DNA from: an uncultured Dehalococcoidales bacterium
GTDB lineage: Bacteria; Chloroflexota; Dehalococcoidia; E44-bin15
DNA: 64,000 nucleotides
NCBI GenBank assembly: GCA_964448395.1
Contig: CAYUWM010000001.1
Location: forward strand, 21,997 to 85,996
Direction: 5' to 3'
The position numbers and the translations under genes were made by a program. Positions 18,815 through 29,830 of this stretch are shown piece by piece (position 1 is the stretch's first letter; every line of letters begins with the position of its first letter). A model generated the notes under the pieces. It saw only the letters and a list, made by a program, of their open reading frames with translations. It had not been told where the DNA came from and did no database searches.

Positions 18815-19090
18815 ATGTCACAGCATAGAACCAGCGGCATGGCGGTGACGGCACTGGTGTGCGGCATCTGCGGTCTGGTGATCCCTTATCTAGGACTTCT
18901 TCTGTCCCTGTTAGCCATAATATTTGGGGGAGTAGGCATAGCACAGACCGGTCGGGATGCATACCTGGGAGGTCGGGGGATGGCGATTGCCGGATTAGTA
19001 CTAGGCATTGTGGCCATCGTTATATGGATTATTGTATTCCTGCTAATCGGTTGGGCCTTCTGGTCGAGTAGCTCAGTTATGTACTATTAG
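18815..19090 (+). CDS. small DUF4190-like membrane protein
   Basis: Two hydrophobic helices with the A-x-x-A-L-V-x-G-I-x-G-L pattern. AAGGAGGG lies 6 nt upstream of the ATG. Confidence 0.7.
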   Translation: MSQHRTSGMAVTALVCGICGLVIPYLGLLLSLLAIIFGGVGIAQTGRDAYLGGRGMAIAGLVLGIVAIVIWIIVFLLIGWAFWSSSSVMYY

Positions 19091-19106
19091 CAGAAGTTGT
19101 ATTATC

Positions 19107-20795
19107 TTAAAGCTGTTTCTCGATCTTGGCCCATGAATCGCGCAATGATATCGTGCGGTTGAACACGAGATGCTCGGGTGAGGAATCCTTCGAGTCGGTA
19201 CAGAAATAGCCCAGCCTTTCGAACTGGTAGCGGCTCCCCGGAGCCGCACTGGCAAGGCTGGGCTCAACGTAACCGTTGACTACCTGAAGCGAATCCGGAT
19301 TTAGAACACCCAGGAACCCTTCGCCCTCGACGGCCTCCATGGGGTTCTCTACGGTAAACAGCCGGTCATATAAACGTACCTCGGCCTCCAGCGCGTGCGG
19401 CGCGGAAACCCAGTGGATGGTCCCCTTGACCTTGCGACCGTCCGGCGTGGTTCCACCACGGGACTGCGGGTCGTACGTGCAGTGCAACTCGATCACTTCC
19501 CCTGTACGCTCGTCCTTTTTCACATCGACACAGGTTACCAGATAGGCATATCGCAGCCGCACCTCGCGGCCGGGGGCCAGGCGGTAGAATTTACCCGGCG
19601 GGTCCTCGCGGAAGTCGTCCCGCTCGATATACAGCACGCGTGAGAAGGGCACCTTGCGCGTCCCCATGCCGGGGTCCTCGGGATTGTTGATCGCATCCAT
19701 CTTCTCCACCGGGCCTTCAGGGTAATTGTCAATGACCAGTCGGATGGGGTTCAAAACGGCCATGACTCGAGGAACGCGCTTATTTAAATCTTCCCTGATG
19801 CAGTGCTCCAGCAGCGCGATGTCTATAATGCTGTCGGTCTTGGCAACGCCGACGCGCTCACAGAAATCATGTATGGCCTCCGGTGTGTACCCCCTCTGGC
19901 GCAGGCCCGCTATTGTCGGCAGCCGGGGATCGTTCCAGCCATTGACGTATCCACCCTCCACCAGTTGAAGCAGCTTACGCTTGCTCATCACAGTGTAGCT
20001 CAGATTGAGACGGGCGAACTCGATCTGCTGCGGATGATACACGCCCAGCTGGTCCAGAAACCAGTCGTACAGCGGGCGGTGGTCCTCGAACTCCAGCGTG
20101 CAGATGGAGTGAGTGATGCCCTCGATGGAATCCTCCAGGCCGTGGGCCCAGTCGTACATCGGGTAGATGCACCACCTGTCGCTGGTGCGGTGGTGCGTTG
20201 CGTGCAGTATGCGGTACATCGCCGGGTCGCGCATGTTCATGTTGGGCGATGCCATGTCGATCTTGGCGCGGAGCACCCGCGAGCCGTCGTCGAACTCGCC
20301 GGCTTTCATGCGCTGGAACAGGTCGAGGTTCTCATCCACCGGCCGGTTGCGGTGAGGACTCTCCCTGCCAGGGTCGATCAGCGTGCCGCGGTACTGCCGT
20401 ACCTCCTCCGCGCTCAGGTCGTCCACATAGGCCCTGCCCGCCTCGATCAACCGAACAGCATAGTCATACATCTGCTCGAAATAGTCCGACCCGTAGTACA
20501 GCCTGTCCTCCCAGTCGAACCCGAGCCAGCGCACGTCCTCCATGATGGCCCTGACGTATTCGGCCTCTTCCTTGGCGGGGTTGGTATCGTCGAAACGCAG
20601 GTTGCACCAGCCTTTATATTGGGCGGCGATGCCGAAGTTGAGGCAGATGGACTTGGCGTGCCCGATGTGCAGGTAGCCGTTAGGCTCCGGGGGAAACCGC
20701 GTGTGCACACGGCCCCCGTATTTGCCGGTCTTGAGGTCTTCGTTGATAATATTCCGTATGAAGTCGGAGGGGGCTGCTGCTTCTGGTGCGGTCAT
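19107..20795 (-). CDS. glnS: glutamine--tRNA ligase
   Basis: [28 protein letters not shown] (HIGH) and VMSKRKL (KMSKS-like) motifs, 562 aa. Confidence 0.95.
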   Translation of the reverse strand: MTAPEAAAPSDFIRNIINEDLKTGKYGGRVHTRFPPEPNGYLHIGHAKSICLNFGIAAQYKGWCNLRFDDTNPAKEEAEYVRAIMEDVRWLGFDWEDRLYYGSDYFEQMYDYAVRLIEAGRAYVDDLSAEEVRQYRGTLIDPGRESPHRNRPVDENLDLFQRMKAGEFDDGSRVLRAKIDMASPNMNMRDPAMYRILHATHHRTSDRWCIYPMYDWAHGLEDSIEGITHSICTLEFEDHRPLYDWFLDQLGVYHPQQIEFARLNLSYTVMSKRKLLQLVEGGYVNGWNDPRLPTIAGLRQRGYTPEAIHDFCERVGVAKTDSIIDIALLEHCIREDLNKRVPRVMAVLNPIRLVIDNYPEGPVEKMDAINNPEDPGMGTRKVPFSRVLYIERDDFREDPPGKFYRLAPGREVRLRYAYLVTCVDVKKDERTGEVIELHCTYDPQSRGGTTPDGRKVKGTIHWVSAPHALEAEVRLYDRLFTVENPMEAVEGEGFLGVLNPDSLQVVNGYVEPSLASAAPGSRYQFERLGYFCTDSKDSSPEHLVFNRTISLRDSWAKIEKQL

Positions 20796-20932
20796 ATCAC
20801 TACTCTTCGATTCCTAGCTAAAACTACAGTGTCCGATTGCCTTTGTCAAGGGTCAGGCCGTCGGCGATTGCTCAGGTCACATAGACGGCCATTTATTATG
20901 ATGTTAGAATATGGGGCGGTCGATGGAGAGCT

Positions 20933-22417
20933 ATGAGTGAAGAAAGCGTCCGGGTGCGGGTGCGCTACGCCCCCAGCCCAACGGGGTACCCCCATATCGG
21001 GAATATAAGGACCGCCCTGTTCAACTGGCTGTTCGCCCGCCACAGCGGCGGCAAGTTTATCGTGCGTATCGAGGACACCGACCAGTCACGCAAAGTCGAT
21101 GGCGCGCTGGAGTCCATTCTGGAAAGCCTGCGCTGGCTGGGCATGGATTGGGATGAGGGGCCGGAGGTGGGTGGTGAACACGGACCGTATTTTCAGTCTC
21201 AGCGTGTCGAGCTATATCAGCAATACGCCCAGAAACTGCTGGAAGGCGGCAAAGCCTATAAATGCTATTGCTCACCGGAGCGGCTTGCCGACATGCGTGC
21301 CGATATGGCGCAGCGCAAGGAGTCGATGCGCAGCTACGACCGCCACTGCCGCGAGCTGAGCCCGGAGCAGCAGGCGAGACTGGAGGCAGAGGGCGTAACG
21401 CCGGTGATACGCTTCAAGGCACCCATCGGAGGTGAGACGACGTTTAATGACCTCATCCGCGGCGATATAACCTTTAACAACAGCGAGCTCGACGACCTGG
21501 TGCTGGTCAAGTCGGATGGCTACCCCACGTACCACCTGGCCAACATTGTCGATGACCATTTCATGCAGATTACACATGTCATGCGTGCCGACGAGTGGCT
21601 CTCGTCCACCCCGAGGCACGTCCTGCTTTATCGAGCGTTGGGCTGGGAACCGCCGCTGTTCGCCCACCTGCCGATGATACTGGGGCCGGACAAATCCAAG
21701 CTGAGCAAGCGCCACGGCGCTGCATCGCTGACTGAATACCGCGACCGGGGATACCTGCCGGAGGCGATGCTGAACTTCCTCGCGTTACTGGGCTGGGCGC
21801 TGGACGACAAGACCGACATCATCGACCGGGAGAGCCTGATCAAGCACTTCACCATTGATGGCATATCTAAAACCGGGGCTATCTTCAGCCATGAGAAGCT
21901 GGACTGGATGAACGGGATGTACATGCGACAGATCGTCGAGGAGAAAGGCATCGAGGAGTTCATCGAACGGGCGATGCCGTTCCTGGATGCGGGGATACCC
22001 GAGACAGTGGAACGTCCCCTCGATCGAGAATACCTGAACCGCATCGCGCCGCTGATCTACGAACGGGTGAAGCTGTTGAGTGACGCACCCGGGCAGGCCG
22101 AATTCTTCTTAATCGATGAGCTTGACTACGACAGCCATCTGCTGCTGGTTAAGGGATTAGAAAAGACCAAAGCTATAGAGGCGCTGGAGGTATCTAAAGA
22201 ACGGCTGAAGGTTTGTACATTTGATGCCACATCTCTGGAGGATCTCCTGCGCTCTCTAGCAGAAGAGTTGGGCCTCAAGACTGGCCAGCTGTTCGGCCTG
22301 CTGAGGGTGGCGGTCACCGGGCGCACGGCGGCCCCGCCGCTGTTCCAGACGATGGAGGTGCTGGGCAAGGATCGGTGCCTGAAACGTATCGCGGCGGCGG
22401 ATAGGTTACAGGATTGA
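20933..22417 (+). CDS. gltX: glutamate--tRNA ligase
   Basis: VRVRYAPSPTGYPHIGNIRTALFNWLFAR and KLSKRHG motifs, 494 aa. Confidence 0.95.
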   Translation: MSEESVRVRVRYAPSPTGYPHIGNIRTALFNWLFARHSGGKFIVRIEDTDQSRKVDGALESILESLRWLGMDWDEGPEVGGEHGPYFQSQRVELYQQYAQKLLEGGKAYKCYCSPERLADMRADMAQRKESMRSYDRHCRELSPEQQARLEAEGVTPVIRFKAPIGGETTFNDLIRGDITFNNSELDDLVLVKSDGYPTYHLANIVDDHFMQITHVMRADEWLSSTPRHVLLYRALGWEPPLFAHLPMILGPDKSKLSKRHGAASLTEYRDRGYLPEAMLNFLALLGWALDDKTDIIDRESLIKHFTIDGISKTGAIFSHEKLDWMNGMYMRQIVEEKGIEEFIERAMPFLDAGIPETVERPLDREYLNRIAPLIYERVKLLSDAPGQAEFFLIDELDYDSHLLLVKGLEKTKAIEALEVSKERLKVCTFDATSLEDLLRSLAEELGLKTGQLFGLLRVAVTGRTAAPPLFQTMEVLGKDRCLKRIAAADRLQD

Positions 22418-22458
22418 CAACCTCGTTTCGCTGATTTAATCTTGATACAGGAGGCCGG

Positions 22459-22662
22459 ATGTACTGCGACCTGTGTATGTATTTCAATGTGCCCGACGAG
22501 TGCAGCCTGCACGGCCGGTTGACGGCTGAGAAGAAGGTGCAGGGCTGCGAAAGCTTTATCGAGCGACCGTTCAGGATATGCGGCAGCCCGGGGTGCTGCG
22601 GCCTCTCTGGACTGCCCACTGCCGACCCACCGGAGGAGGTGGAGGCGGACAGGCAGCTTTAA
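22459..22662 (+). CDS. hypothetical small cysteine-rich protein (67 aa)
   Basis: AGGAGG lies 4 nt upstream of the ATG. The CxxC-x8-C-x14-C pattern plus a CGSPGCC motif is present. I recognise no family. Confidence 0.4.
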   Translation: MYCDLCMYFNVPDECSLHGRLTAEKKVQGCESFIERPFRICGSPGCCGLSGLPTADPPEEVEADRQL

Positions 22663-22688
22663 AAAGATAGGCATAAATATCGGCAAGC

Positions 22689-22762
22689 TGGGGAATCGTC
22701 TAGCGGTAGGACGACAGACTCTGGATCTGTAAGCCCAGGTTCGAATCCTGGTTCCCCAGCCA
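22689..22762 (+). tRNA. tRNA-Gln (anticodon CTG)
   Basis: Hand-folded cloverleaf. Acceptor TGGGGAA/TTCCCCA, D stem GTCT/GGAC, anticodon stem ACAGA/TCTGT with loop CT-CTG-GA, T arm CCAGG-TTCGAAT-CCTGG, discriminator G, encoded CCA. Confidence 0.9.
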
Positions 22763-22797
22763 TTTTTTATCCTTTTCGGAGTTTCGCGGGGTAAAGT

Positions 22798-23514
22798 TCA
22801 CTGCTTGGGCTTGGGGATGGGACGAAATCTCAATCGCATTAACCCCCCAAGGTCTTCGCGAACCGTTTTCATGATATCGACCCTGGTATCGGGATCCTCC
22901 ACCCAGGTAACCGGCACCTCTTTTATCTTGTAGCCCTTTCTGCCGGCGAGGATCAGCAGCTCGGTATCGAAAAACCACTCCTGGTTCCGGATAAGGGGTA
23001 CCAGTTCATCGACCGCTTTACGGCTCACCGCCTTGAACCCGCACTGGGCGTCGTGCCACCGGGTGAAGAACAGCGTCTTGATGATGAAGTTATAGCCCCT
23101 GGAGGTAAGTTCGCGCTTGAACGACCGCTTCACATCCGAGCTTCCCATGAGGCGGGAGCCGGTGGCCACGCCGTAGCCTTCCTCGATGGCATGGATGATC
23201 TTGGGGAATGCATCAAGGCCGGTGGAGAGGTCAACGTCCATGTAGCTGACGATATCGGAATCGCTCTCCATCCAGACCTTGCGCAAGGCGCGTCCGCGAC
23301 CCTTCTGGTCGATGTGCACCGCCACCACGTCGGGGTGCTCCTTATCCAGCCCCTGCGCTACCTCCCACGTCCTGTCGGTGGAGGCATTATCCGCGATTAT
23401 GATCTTCCACTGTTTATCCAGATTGGCCTTCAAAAACTGGCGGAGGGCGGCCACGCTCTGGGCGAGCACATGCTCCTCGTTGTAGACCGGTATCACCACG
23501 TCCACAGTGGTCAT
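22798..23514 (-). CDS. family-2 glycosyltransferase (polyprenyl-phosphate sugar synthase-like)
   Basis: VDVVIPVYNEE N-terminus and D-x-D-like DVD motif, 238 aa. Confidence 0.8.
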   Translation of the reverse strand: MTTVDVVIPVYNEEHVLAQSVAALRQFLKANLDKQWKIIIADNASTDRTWEVAQGLDKEHPDVVAVHIDQKGRGRALRKVWMESDSDIVSYMDVDLSTGLDAFPKIIHAIEEGYGVATGSRLMGSSDVKRSFKRELTSRGYNFIIKTLFFTRWHDAQCGFKAVSRKAVDELVPLIRNQEWFFDTELLILAGRKGYKIKEVPVTWVEDPDTRVDIMKTVREDLGGLMRLRFRPIPKPKQ

Positions 23515-23534
23515 ATCAACCTCCCTCTCAAGCG

Positions 23535-25064
<1,530 letters not shown>

Positions 25065-25213
25065 CTAGTACCTCCTTTATTTTGGTTCCGCATGTCGTTT
25101 GGAATCCTCTTTTTAATCAGCCGACATACTTGCCCGCAAATTGGGCTAATTCCATAAGGCTCGGCCGGTGATGCCTCTGCCATTTGTCGGACTGCCGTTG
25201 ACGGCGAGAACCT

Positions 25214-26245
25214 TCATGCTAAACTCACCCTGTTTTCACCTTCTTGCTCAATGACCTCGCCGATCACTTTAGACTCGGGTACCCCATCGATGAATTTATC
25301 GGCAGTATCGGGACTACAGATGACCATCATGCCTATCCCCATATTGAACACGCGGTACATCTCTTGCTCGTCGATATTGCCCTGTTGCTGGATCAGCGAG
25401 AATATCGCCGGCACCTCCCACGCCCCCTTATCGACCCTCGCTGCCAGCCCCTGGGGGATGGTACGGGGCAGATTGCCGGGTATGCCGCCCCCGGTGATAT
25501 GAGCGAGCCCTTTAATGCGGTTGAGCCACGGCTTCAATGTCGGGAAGTAGCAGCGGTGGGGCTCCAGCAGTTTTTCGCCCAGCGTAATGCCGAGTTGATC
25601 GCGGAACCGGTTGAGCACCGAGGGGTCTTCATCCGTGTTGAACACCTTTCGTACCAGGGAGTACCCGTTGGTGTGCAGCCCGCTGGAAGGCAGGCCGATG
25701 ATTCGGTCTCCGGCTGCAATCGAGGCACCAGTTAATATGCCGTCCTTCTCCACCGCGCCGACGATGAAGCCCACGAGGTCGTATTCTCCCTCGGGATACA
25801 GGCCCGGCATCTCGGCGGTCTCCCCCCCAATGAGAGCACACCCCACTGCGGCCAGAGCGTGCGCCATGCCGCCGGTGACGCTGGCTATCACCTCCGGGAT
25901 GAGCTTCGCCATAGCGATATAGTCCTGAAAAAACAGGGGGGAAGCGCCGCAGGCGAGGATGTCATTCGTACAGTGGTTTACAATATCGATACCGACGGTA
26001 TCATGTTTGCCGAGGGCGCAGGCGATCTTCAGCTTGGTGCCCACACCGTCGGTGCTGGATACCAGAACCGGCTCTCTGTAACCCTTGAGCTCGAAAAGCC
26101 CGCCGAAAAAGCCAACGTCGCTCAACACCCCGGGGGTAAATGTAGCCCGGGCCTGCTCCCGCACCACCTTAACCAGGCTCTCGGCAGTATCGATATCCAC
26201 ACCGGCATCGCGATAAGTTCGCTTCGGTCCCTCAGCACCCAACAA
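25214..26245 (-). CDS. purM: phosphoribosylformylglycinamidine cyclo-ligase (AIR synthase)
   Basis: YRDAGVDID...DGVGTK motifs, 343 aa. Confidence 0.95.
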   Translation of the reverse strand: MLGAEGPKRTYRDAGVDIDTAESLVKVVREQARATFTPGVLSDVGFFGGLFELKGYREPVLVSSTDGVGTKLKIACALGKHDTVGIDIVNHCTNDILACGASPLFFQDYIAMAKLIPEVIASVTGGMAHALAAVGCALIGGETAEMPGLYPEGEYDLVGFIVGAVEKDGILTGASIAAGDRIIGLPSSGLHTNGYSLVRKVFNTDEDPSVLNRFRDQLGITLGEKLLEPHRCYFPTLKPWLNRIKGLAHITGGGIPGNLPRTIPQGLAARVDKGAWEVPAIFSLIQQQGNIDEQEMYRVFNMGIGMMVICSPDTADKFIDGVPESKVIGEVIEQEGENRVSLA

Positions 26246-27637
26246 TCACCCCCTGACCGGCTCCAGGGCCATTTTGTCCATCCCCAACTGAACCGGTACC
26301 GGGTAATCGCCGGTAAAGCAGGCGAGGCAGAAGAGCTCCTCAGGCAGGTCAACCGCCTTTATAAGCCCCTCCATGCTCAGATATCCGAGGGTATCGGCGC
26401 CGATGAACTCCGCGATCTGCGGTATCTCCTTCTGGGCGGCTATCAGCTCCCAGCTGGTGGCCATATCCACGCCCAGGCAACAAGGGTAACGGATCGGCGG
26501 GGCGCAGACGCGCATGTGTATCTCGCTGGCACCCGCCCGCCTGAGCAAAGCGATCACCCGCGGTGTGGTGGTACCGCGGACGATGCTGTCATCTACCAGA
26601 ACTACCCGCTTGCCCTCTAACCTCTCCGGCATGGGGTTGAACTTGAGCTGAACGCCAAGGTCCCTGATCCGCTGATGCGGTTCGATGAAGGTACGCCCCA
26701 CATACCGATTCTTAAGCAAGCCTTCGGTGAAGGGTATGCCCGATTCCTGTGAGTAGCCGATGGCGGCGGCGGTAGCCGAGTCAGGGACGCCAATGACCAG
26801 GTCGGCGTCAACGGGATACTCATGGGAAAGCCTGGCTCCCATGGCCTCCCTGGCTGAATATATCCGACGCCCGGCGATCAAACTGTCGGGCCTGGCAAAG
26901 TATATATATTCGAAGATGCAGAGCCCACCCCTCTCTGCACGCTTGCCCTTGTGACTGTGCATCCCCTGAGCGTTGATAGCCAGTATCTCCGAGGGCGCCA
27001 CCTCGCGATGAAACTGGGCCCCGATGTGGTCCAGGGCACAACTCTCCGAAGCCAGAACCCAGCCGCCATTGAGCTTGCCCAAACACAGCGGGCGAACACC
27101 CAGCGGATCGCGGACCCCGAAGAGGGTGTCTTCGGTAAGGATCACCAGGGAATAGGCCCCCACCAGCCGTTTCATTGCGTGCCTTATCCGTTCCATCCAT
27201 GTCCTCTTGGGTGCGGAAAGGATGAGATAAGCGATGATCTCGGAGTCGGTGGTGGTAACGAACTGGAATCCCTGTTCCTCCAGTTGCCGGCGCAGCTCCA
27301 TGGCGTTTACGATGTTCCCATTGTGCGCCAAGGCTATCCTGCCCGCCGGCCCCTCGACAAGGATGGGCTGGGCATTGCTGGAACGGCTGGACCCGGTGGT
27401 CGAATAGCGGTTGTGACCGATAGCGAAGTCACCCTGGAGCTGGCTCAGTATCCGCTCATTAAAAGCCTGGGCTACCAGACCCATTTTGGTATGTACGCTT
27501 ATTTGCTGGCCATCTGAGGTAGCGATGCCGGAGCTTTCCTGGCCGCGGTGTTGCAGTGCGTAGAGACCAAAGAAGGTGAGCCTGGCCACATCTTCGCCCG
27601 GGGCATAAACCCCAAATAGGGCACAGCACTCATTCAT
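26246..27637 (-). CDS. purF: amidophosphoribosyltransferase
   Basis: N-terminal CALFGVY nucleophile region, HNGN, a PRTase motif VVLVDDSIVRGTT, and C-terminal Fe-S cysteines. Confidence 0.95.
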   Translation of the reverse strand: MNECCALFGVYAPGEDVARLTFFGLYALQHRGQESSGIATSDGQQISVHTKMGLVAQAFNERILSQLQGDFAIGHNRYSTTGSSRSSNAQPILVEGPAGRIALAHNGNIVNAMELRRQLEEQGFQFVTTTDSEIIAYLILSAPKRTWMERIRHAMKRLVGAYSLVILTEDTLFGVRDPLGVRPLCLGKLNGGWVLASESCALDHIGAQFHREVAPSEILAINAQGMHSHKGKRAERGGLCIFEYIYFARPDSLIAGRRIYSAREAMGARLSHEYPVDADLVIGVPDSATAAAIGYSQESGIPFTEGLLKNRYVGRTFIEPHQRIRDLGVQLKFNPMPERLEGKRVVLVDDSIVRGTTTPRVIALLRRAGASEIHMRVCAPPIRYPCCLGVDMATSWELIAAQKEIPQIAEFIGADTLGYLSMEGLIKAVDLPEELFCLACFTGDYPVPVQLGMDKMALEPVRG

Positions 27638-27692
27638 ACGTATTTATGTAGGCCCCCTCTATGTTTATTATATTCCTAGTCGAGATGAGGGG

Positions 27693-28472
27693 TCAATCCC
27701 CAGTAAACGATTGGGCTTTCAGCCAATCCATGGCGGCATCCATCGCCTGTGTGGAGAGGCGGAGCTGATGACCGGCCCCTTTAACGATGACGATATCCTT
27801 CGGTTCCGCGGCTGTGTTAAACAGGTTCTGCGAGCTTTCAACCGGAACTACATCGTCATCGGTGCTATGGATAATAAGGATCGGCCTCGGCGCAAGCTGC
27901 GACACCCACTCCAGCGAATAGACGTGGTTGAATCCTGCCATCCAGTCATCCAGCGACGGCGGAAAATCGTCATCCTTGATTATTCCCACGCTTCGGAACT
28001 CTGCGATCATTCGCTCTGCCACTTGGCGGTCGGTGCCGATACGTGATATCGTGGGGCAAGCGCATGATACGACAGATGATATCCGCCGGTCTCGCGCTGC
28101 TACATAGATAGCGACCGAGGCACCGGCGCTGAATCCCATCAGCGAGATGCTTTTGGGGTTCACCTCATCCACTCTACATACATAGTCCAACACTGCTCTC
28201 AAATCTCTGGTCCAGCCCAGCATATCGAAGTTGCCTTCGCTCTCGCCAGCGCCCCTGAAGTTGAAGATAACGGTCAGGAAGCCGGAATCCGCAAACCTGG
28301 CGGCGAGAGCCGGATATCCTCCGTCACCGGGGGCGGATGGCCTGCCACGTGGCAGGCCATGGCACAGACACAGGGCAGGATAAGGCATCGGACCAGCATC
28401 GGGGATATAGATCTCGCCTTTGAGCCGTATGCCCTCCAGTTCGAAATATACATCTCTCTTTATCATGGGCAT
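27693..28472 (-). CDS. alpha/beta-fold hydrolase
   Basis: GFSAGAS nucleophile elbow and a C-terminal D/H region (HSTDDDVV...GAGH). The start is placed at MPMIKRD (ATG 28472), or at ATG 28466 in an ATGA overlap with tlyA. Confidence 0.7.
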   Translation of the reverse strand: MPMIKRDVYFELEGIRLKGEIYIPDAGPMPYPALCLCHGLPRGRPSAPGDGGYPALAARFADSGFLTVIFNFRGAGESEGNFDMLGWTRDLRAVLDYVCRVDEVNPKSISLMGFSAGASVAIYVAARDRRISSVVSCACPTISRIGTDRQVAERMIAEFRSVGIIKDDDFPPSLDDWMAGFNHVYSLEWVSQLAPRPILIIHSTDDDVVPVESSQNLFNTAAEPKDIVIVKGAGHQLRLSTQAMDAAMDWLKAQSFTGD

Positions 28473-29188
28473 GCTTTTAACAGTACAAAGAACTCGCGGT
28501 TCCCCGCGGCGCCGAGGATGGGCGATGGGGTGAGGCCGCACAGTCTATAACCTGCCTCTATTACCCATGAGATGAAGTCGCCCAGGACCTGCGCATGAAC
28601 TCCGGGGTCTTTCACCAGTCCTCCCTTTTCGACCTGGGATCGCCCCGCTTCAAATTGGGGTTTTACCAGGCAGACCGTGCTTCCCCCCGGTTTTGCAAGC
28701 TGGGCTACCGTCGGAATAACTTTCTTCAGCGAGATGAAAGAAACGTCCATGGTGATCAGGTCAACCTTTTCCGGCAAGGCAAACAGATAGCGGGCATTCA
28801 CCCTCTCCATCACCGTTACTTTGGGATCTACCCTTAACCGATAGTCCAGCTGGCCGTAGCCCACATCCACGGCGTATACCCTGGCAGCACCCCGTTTCAG
28901 CAGGCAATCGGTGAATCCTCCGGTAGAGGCACCGACATCCATGGCAACCATGCCGGATACGTCGATGCTGAAATGTTCAAGCGCGTGCTCCAGCTTTGTG
29001 CCCCCCCTGCTGACGAAAGCCGGTTTCTGTCGTAGCTTAATAGGGGCATCATCGGGTACCAGTGTTGCCGGCTTGGCGACGACTTCGTCCCCGACGGAAA
29101 CGTCGCCGGCCAATACCATGGCATGCGCTTTCTCCCGGCTCCCCGCCATTTTGCGTTCCACCAAAAGCAGGTCTATACGCTTCTTCAC
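28463..29188 (-). CDS. tlyA: TlyA-family rRNA (cytidine-2'-O)-methyltransferase
   Basis: S4 domain (RIDLLLVERK) followed by an FtsJ-type SAM fold (DVGASTGGFTD). Confidence 0.9.
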   Translation of the reverse strand: MKKRIDLLLVERKMAGSREKAHAMVLAGDVSVGDEVVAKPATLVPDDAPIKLRQKPAFVSRGGTKLEHALEHFSIDVSGMVAMDVGASTGGFTDCLLKRGAARVYAVDVGYGQLDYRLRVDPKVTVMERVNARYLFALPEKVDLITMDVSFISLKKVIPTVAQLAKPGGSTVCLVKPQFEAGRSQVEKGGLVKDPGVHAQVLGDFISWVIEAGYRLCGLTPSPILGAAGNREFFVLLKACP

Positions 29189-29253
29189 GATTCTAGCATA
29201 AGCCCCCCGTCAAACAAAGGTCAAGCGAATGTGTCAAACCGATGTAAATTGTC

Positions 29254-29283
29254 TTGACACCTCTATCAGGTATATGGTAAATT
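29254..29283 (+). promoter_or_regulatory. promoter of the str/S10 ribosomal superoperon
   Basis: TTGACA (29254-29259), an 18-nt spacer, then TGgTAAATT (29275-29283). Confidence 0.55.
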
Positions 29284-29340
29284 AACAAGTTAGTGCCCAT
29301 TAACTGGCCCGATACAGGTCAAACGTCCGTAGGAAAAAGG

Positions 29341-29380
29341 GGCTAGTAAGGCCGCTTAGCCGTAAGGCTCGGCCTTTAAT
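29341..29380 (+). promoter_or_regulatory. structured rpsL leader element (GNRA-capped hairpin with an alternative pairing)
   Basis: AAGGCCG (29348-54) pairs with CGGCCTT (29370-76). The inner stem AGCC/GGCT is capped by a GTAA loop and followed by TTTAATTAT. Upstream GGCTA (29341-45) can instead pair with TAGCC (29357-61). Confidence 0.35.
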
Positions 29381-29398
29381 TATGTGTTGGAGGTATAA

Positions 29399-29827
29399 TT
29401 GCCGACAGTAAATCAGCTGGTGCGCAAGGGGCGCGCCAAAGCTAAAAGAAAGGTCAAGACCCCGGCTCTGCATTTCACCTACAATGCGCTCAAAAGGTCG
29501 ATGTTGAGCGGGGACGGCTCGCCGCAGAAGCGCGGGGTGTGTACCCAGGTCAAGACGGTGACCCCCAAGAAGCCTAATTCGGCTCTGCGGAAAGTTGCCC
29601 GTGTCCGGCTTACCAATGGCATGGAGGTTACGGCTTACATACCTGGAGAAGGTCATACCCTTCAAGAGCACTCCGTCGTTTTGATCCGGGGAGGGCGGGT
29701 GAAGGATCTCCCCGGCGTGAGATACCACATCATCCGTGGCGCCCTGGACTCGAGTGGCGTGGAGAACCGGCAACAGGGGCGCAGTAAATACGGGGCAAAA
29801 CAGACGAAACGCTCATCTGGAGAATAG
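29399..29827 (+). CDS. rpsL: 30S ribosomal protein S12
   Basis: [20 protein letters not shown] motifs. TTG start after GGAGGT. Confidence 0.97.
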   Translation: MPTVNQLVRKGRAKAKRKVKTPALHFTYNALKRSMLSGDGSPQKRGVCTQVKTVTPKKPNSALRKVARVRLTNGMEVTAYIPGEGHTLQEHSVVLIRGGRVKDLPGVRYHIIRGALDSSGVENRQQGRSKYGAKQTKRSSGE

Positions 29828-29830
29828 AAT

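Noticed and set aside
19803-20936. 377-aa ORF on the + strand
   Set aside because: It is antisense to glnS. It has no motifs and shadow-ORF composition.
25065-25213. ZTP (pfl) riboswitch upstream of purH
   Set aside because: The conserved GACUGGCG and CCGCCUGGGC blocks are not present on the coding (minus) strand.
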